DNA of 64,000 nucleotides from Candidatus Eiseniibacteriota bacterium (GTDB lineage Bacteria; Eisenbacteria; RBG-16-71-46; CAZAMP01): NCBI GenBank assembly GCA_965224245.1, contig CBDCYW010000010.1, positions 1 to 64,000 of the forward strand, read 5' to 3'. Shown piece by piece: positions 60,883 to 64,000 of this stretch (position 1 is its first letter; each line of letters starts with the position of its first letter). The notes under the pieces were generated by a model. It saw only the letters and a program-made list of their open reading frames with translations, ran no database searches and was not told where the DNA came from. The position numbers and the translations under genes were made by a program.

Positions 60883-62612
60883 CCCTCACCGAGGTTTGGA
60901 TCGCCGACGCACCGGTGTGGTTGATCGAGCGGGCCCGGGGCATAGCCAAGACGTCCCCTGTGACTCCGCCGCGACTCTCGAGCAACGTCAAGACGGTGGG
61001 CGAGATCATGACCGAAGCCGGTCGCCTCGAGGGTTTCAAGGAGACCGAGCCGGGCAAACTGACCGGGTGCTGCCTCTTTCACGAGGACCGGCATCCGTCC
61101 GCGGTGATCTGGTTGGGCGACGGCGAGGACCTCGGAACCTACCACTGCTCGGCGGGCTGCGGATCGTTCGGGGCGAAGGGGCTAGCGAGGCGGCTGGGGG
61201 TTCCCTTCTACAAGCGCCGTGTGGCCGGAGGGCTGAGGGGCGGCGCACCGAAGCCGACGTACCTTCTGGACGATGTCGGCAACGCCGAACGCCTGGTGGA
61301 TCGGTTCGGGGACCGGATCCGGTACTGCCCCCAGCGCAAGATCTGGCTGCTCTGGACGGGGAGACACTGGCAATGGGACGAGGCCGAGCACATCTACGAG
61401 TACGCTCGGCGGGCGGTGACGGCGATCTTCGATGAAGCGCGTGACTGCAGCGACGATGCCCGTGCCAGCCAGCTCGCCAAGCACGCCGCGCGCTCCCGTA
61501 GTCACAAGTCTCTCCAGCACTTGATCGCCCAGGCGGCCACGATGGGGTCAGTGGGGATCGCGCTCACCGATCTCGACCCCGATCCCTGGCTCTTCAACCT
61601 CGAGAACGGCACGATCGACCTCCGGACCGGCGAGCAGCGTGCCCACGACCCCACCGACTACATCACCAAGATCGCCCCGGTCCGCCATGACCGCGATGCC
61701 GATGCCCCGCGCTGGCGCCAGTGCCTCACCGAGATCTTCGATGGTGACGAGGAGACGATCGCCTTCTTCCAGCGGTGGGTTGGGTATGCCATGACTGGCG
61801 TTGTGCGTGATCACGTTGTCCTCATCGCCTACGGGACGGGTCGGAACGGCAAGAGCACGGTCTTCGAGCGGTTGCGGGACGTGTGGGGGGACTACGCGGT
61901 GGCAGTGCCTTTTGGCGCCTTCACCGAGAGCCGCTATCGCGATGACACCGGTGCACGGCCCGATATCATGCGCATGCGCGGCGCCCGCATGATCACCACC
62001 TCCGAGGGTGCGTTCGGAACCTACCTGGACGAGAGCACGATCAAGCGCCTCAGCGGAGGCGACCACATCTATGCCCGCGGCATGCGCGAGAACGGGGGCG
62101 AGTTCCAGGTGGTCGGGAAGTGCATTCTTCAGACCAACCACCGGCCGCTGGTCAAGGGCACCGACGTCGCCCTCAAGTCCCGCCTACGGCTCTTGCCCTT
62201 CACGGTGAGCTTCGAGGGGCGCGAGGACACCGAGCTGCCCGAGAAGCTGCGCGAGGAGCTGCCGGGGATCCTCAACTGGGCGCTCCAGGGATGTCGGCAG
62301 TACCTCGAAACCGAAGGCGTTGGGGTATGTGCGGCGGTGGAAGCCACCACCCGTGACTACTTCACCGACATGGACGTGATCCAGGCTTTCCTCGACGAGT
62401 GGGTGGTGGTGGGCCATGAGATCGTGTTCGGCGATCTCTACGAGGCGTACCGCCATCACTGCCAGGAGTCCGGCACCTACCCGCTCTCGGGGCAGCGCCT
62501 CGGAGAACGCCTCACCGAGAAGGGGATCGGCAAGCAGAAGCGCGGGGGGCGGTCGTATCGCACCGGTATCGTGCTCGCGAAAACCGTTCCGCGGGAGGAG
62601 TCGGCTCGATGA
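60870..62612 (+). CDS. P4-family/D5-like primase-helicase
   Basis: DVGNAERL, FNLENGTIDLRTG, YGTGRNGKST, IKRLSGGD, TNHRP. Confidence 0.92.
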   Translation: MAWMTLTEVWIADAPVWLIERARGIAKTSPVTPPRLSSNVKTVGEIMTEAGRLEGFKETEPGKLTGCCLFHEDRHPSAVIWLGDGEDLGTYHCSAGCGSFGAKGLARRLGVPFYKRRVAGGLRGGAPKPTYLLDDVGNAERLVDRFGDRIRYCPQRKIWLLWTGRHWQWDEAEHIYEYARRAVTAIFDEARDCSDDARASQLAKHAARSRSHKSLQHLIAQAATMGSVGIALTDLDPDPWLFNLENGTIDLRTGEQRAHDPTDYITKIAPVRHDRDADAPRWRQCLTEIFDGDEETIAFFQRWVGYAMTGVVRDHVVLIAYGTGRNGKSTVFERLRDVWGDYAVAVPFGAFTESRYRDDTGARPDIMRMRGARMITTSEGAFGTYLDESTIKRLSGGDHIYARGMRENGGEFQVVGKCILQTNHRPLVKGTDVALKSRLRLLPFTVSFEGREDTELPEKLREELPGILNWALQGCRQYLETEGVGVCAAVEATTRDYFTDMDVIQAFLDEWVVVGHEIVFGDLYEAYRHHCQESGTYPLSGQRLGERLTEKGIGKQKRGGRSYRTGIVLAKTVPREESAR

Positions 62613-62892
62613 TCACGCAATACCTACCGAGGTCCACGTACCAGCGCTGTGCCGGGCCGGGTGATGGTCGCAACGGTGTCATGAGTATCCTGGGCGACGA
62701 GCAGGAGCGTCGCGGAGTGCCGCAACCCGTCATGAGTGTCCTGCAAAAGGGGGGAGAGCATGACACCAAGGACGCTCAGGGCCCATTTACCTATAGACCT
62801 CTATACCTCTCTCTATGGGATCTATACCTAAACCACCCTCAGTTGTCCTATCTGTCATGGGGGCGGCACGGGGCCCGATCTGGAGGCGGGGC

Positions 62893-63993
62893 ATGAGGCG
62901 CTATCGTGGAGCCCGCTCGCTCTGGTCCGCCCTCCCGGCCTACCTCGGCGGCAAGCGCCGCCTCTGCCCGATGATCTTCCGGGAGCTCGATCGCGTCCTG
63001 CCCCGGGGCCAGTGGCCCGGCCTGCGATTCCTCGACGGGTTCCTCGGCGGGGGGGCGGTGTCGCTCTACGCCAAGGCCCAGGGGTTCCAGGTCCACGCGA
63101 TCGACATCGCCGATCGTTCGATCGTCGTGGGCAACGCGCTCATCGCCAACTCGCGCGCGCAGCTCGTGAAGGCCGACATCGTCCGCGCCCTGTCCCGCGA
63201 CCGGTCGCGCCCGGGCCGCATCGAGACCGAGATGGTCCCGGCGGTCTTTCCCGTCAACGTCGCCCGGTTTCTCGACGGTGCCCTGGCCGAGGCCGCGTCG
63301 GCGGACGATCCGGCTCACGCGGCACTTTTGAGGCTCCTCGTCATCAAGGTCGCCATGCTGGCACATCCGATGGCGCAAGTGAGGCCGGGCACGGCTCACC
63401 GTATGGCCACCGGCGAGTACGAGTCGATCACCGAGAGCTGTGTGAAGACGTACGTCGACGCGGCTCGGCTGACGACCCCAGCCCGGCTCTGGCGCGTGGC
63501 CGAGGCGATCAACGCCGGCGTCTTCGGCGGTACGGGCCGGGTGTGGCAAGGGAGCGCGCTCGATCTTCTCGACGACGTCGAGGCCGACGTCGCGTACTTC
63601 GATCCGCCGTACCCCGGGACGACCCCCTACGAGCGGGAGTACCGGACGCTGGATCGGATTCTCGGGGACGAGCGCTCGGAGATCAGCGCCTTCAGCCGGC
63701 GTGGCGGCGTCGGACTCCTCGACGAGCTCCTGGACCGATCGCGGCACATCCCCGTCGTGCTGCTCTCGTGCGGGAACGCTGAGATCACGCTCGCGGAGCT
63801 CGAGGCGAGAATGCAACGGGTCGGTCGTGACGTCCGCGGGCTGGAGATCCCCTACGCGCACAAGGCCAGCGTCGCCCGGGCGTCGGTGCGCGAACGCAAC
63901 CGCGAGCTGCTCGTGATCGGGGTCGATCCCGCGGCAAACCCGGAATCTCGCGCCACCCGTGCCACCCGTCTGACGGCGGAGGTCCTCCGATGA
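62893..63993 (+). CDS. DNA adenine methyltransferase
   Basis: YLGGKRRL, FLDGFLGGGAVS, YFDPPY. Confidence 0.88.
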   Translation: MRRYRGARSLWSALPAYLGGKRRLCPMIFRELDRVLPRGQWPGLRFLDGFLGGGAVSLYAKAQGFQVHAIDIADRSIVVGNALIANSRAQLVKADIVRALSRDRSRPGRIETEMVPAVFPVNVARFLDGALAEAASADDPAHAALLRLLVIKVAMLAHPMAQVRPGTAHRMATGEYESITESCVKTYVDAARLTTPARLWRVAEAINAGVFGGTGRVWQGSALDLLDDVEADVAYFDPPYPGTTPYEREYRTLDRILGDERSEISAFSRRGGVGLLDELLDRSRHIPVVLLSCGNAEITLAELEARMQRVGRDVRGLEIPYAHKASVARASVRERNRELLVIGVDPAANPESRATRATRLTAEVLR

Positions 63994-64000
63994 CCAGCGC

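Overview
A GC-rich bacterial accessory region with three parts. (1) Bases 1-27237 are the right arm of an integrative, probably mobilisable element that ends at a tRNA-Asn-like 3' fragment (putative attR, 27218-27237). It carries an HTH replication initiator with iteron-like repeats, two replication-relaxation-family proteins, a VirD4/TraD-like ATPase, SSB and RadC. A dense defence cluster follows. One operon runs RtcR-like sigma54 activator > type I RM (hsdR-M-S) > ABC-type ATPase > PLD-like protein. A divergent sigma54 promoter precedes a coiled-coil PD-(D/E)xK-like protein, and then comes qatABC with an ASCH gene where qatD normally sits. (2) About 27.6-53 kb holds secreted beta-propeller, beta-helix and S8 protease genes with C-terminal FlgD-Ig/T9SS-like domains or a SWGxIKxxxR tail (inferred FCB-affiliated host). 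IS3-family and IS66 insertions disrupt this stretch, and it contains an array of three copies of one gene's 3' half plus terminator, separated by cargo genes. (3) About 48-64 kb is a phage/ICE-like element with a small tyrosine recombinase, a large serine recombinase, DUF2924, a sigma-like protein, AAA_24, DUF669, ERCC4, Prim-Pol/D5 primase and a DNA methylase. Several of its frameshifts look like assembly indels. All family assignments come from motif recognition by eye; no database searches were run.
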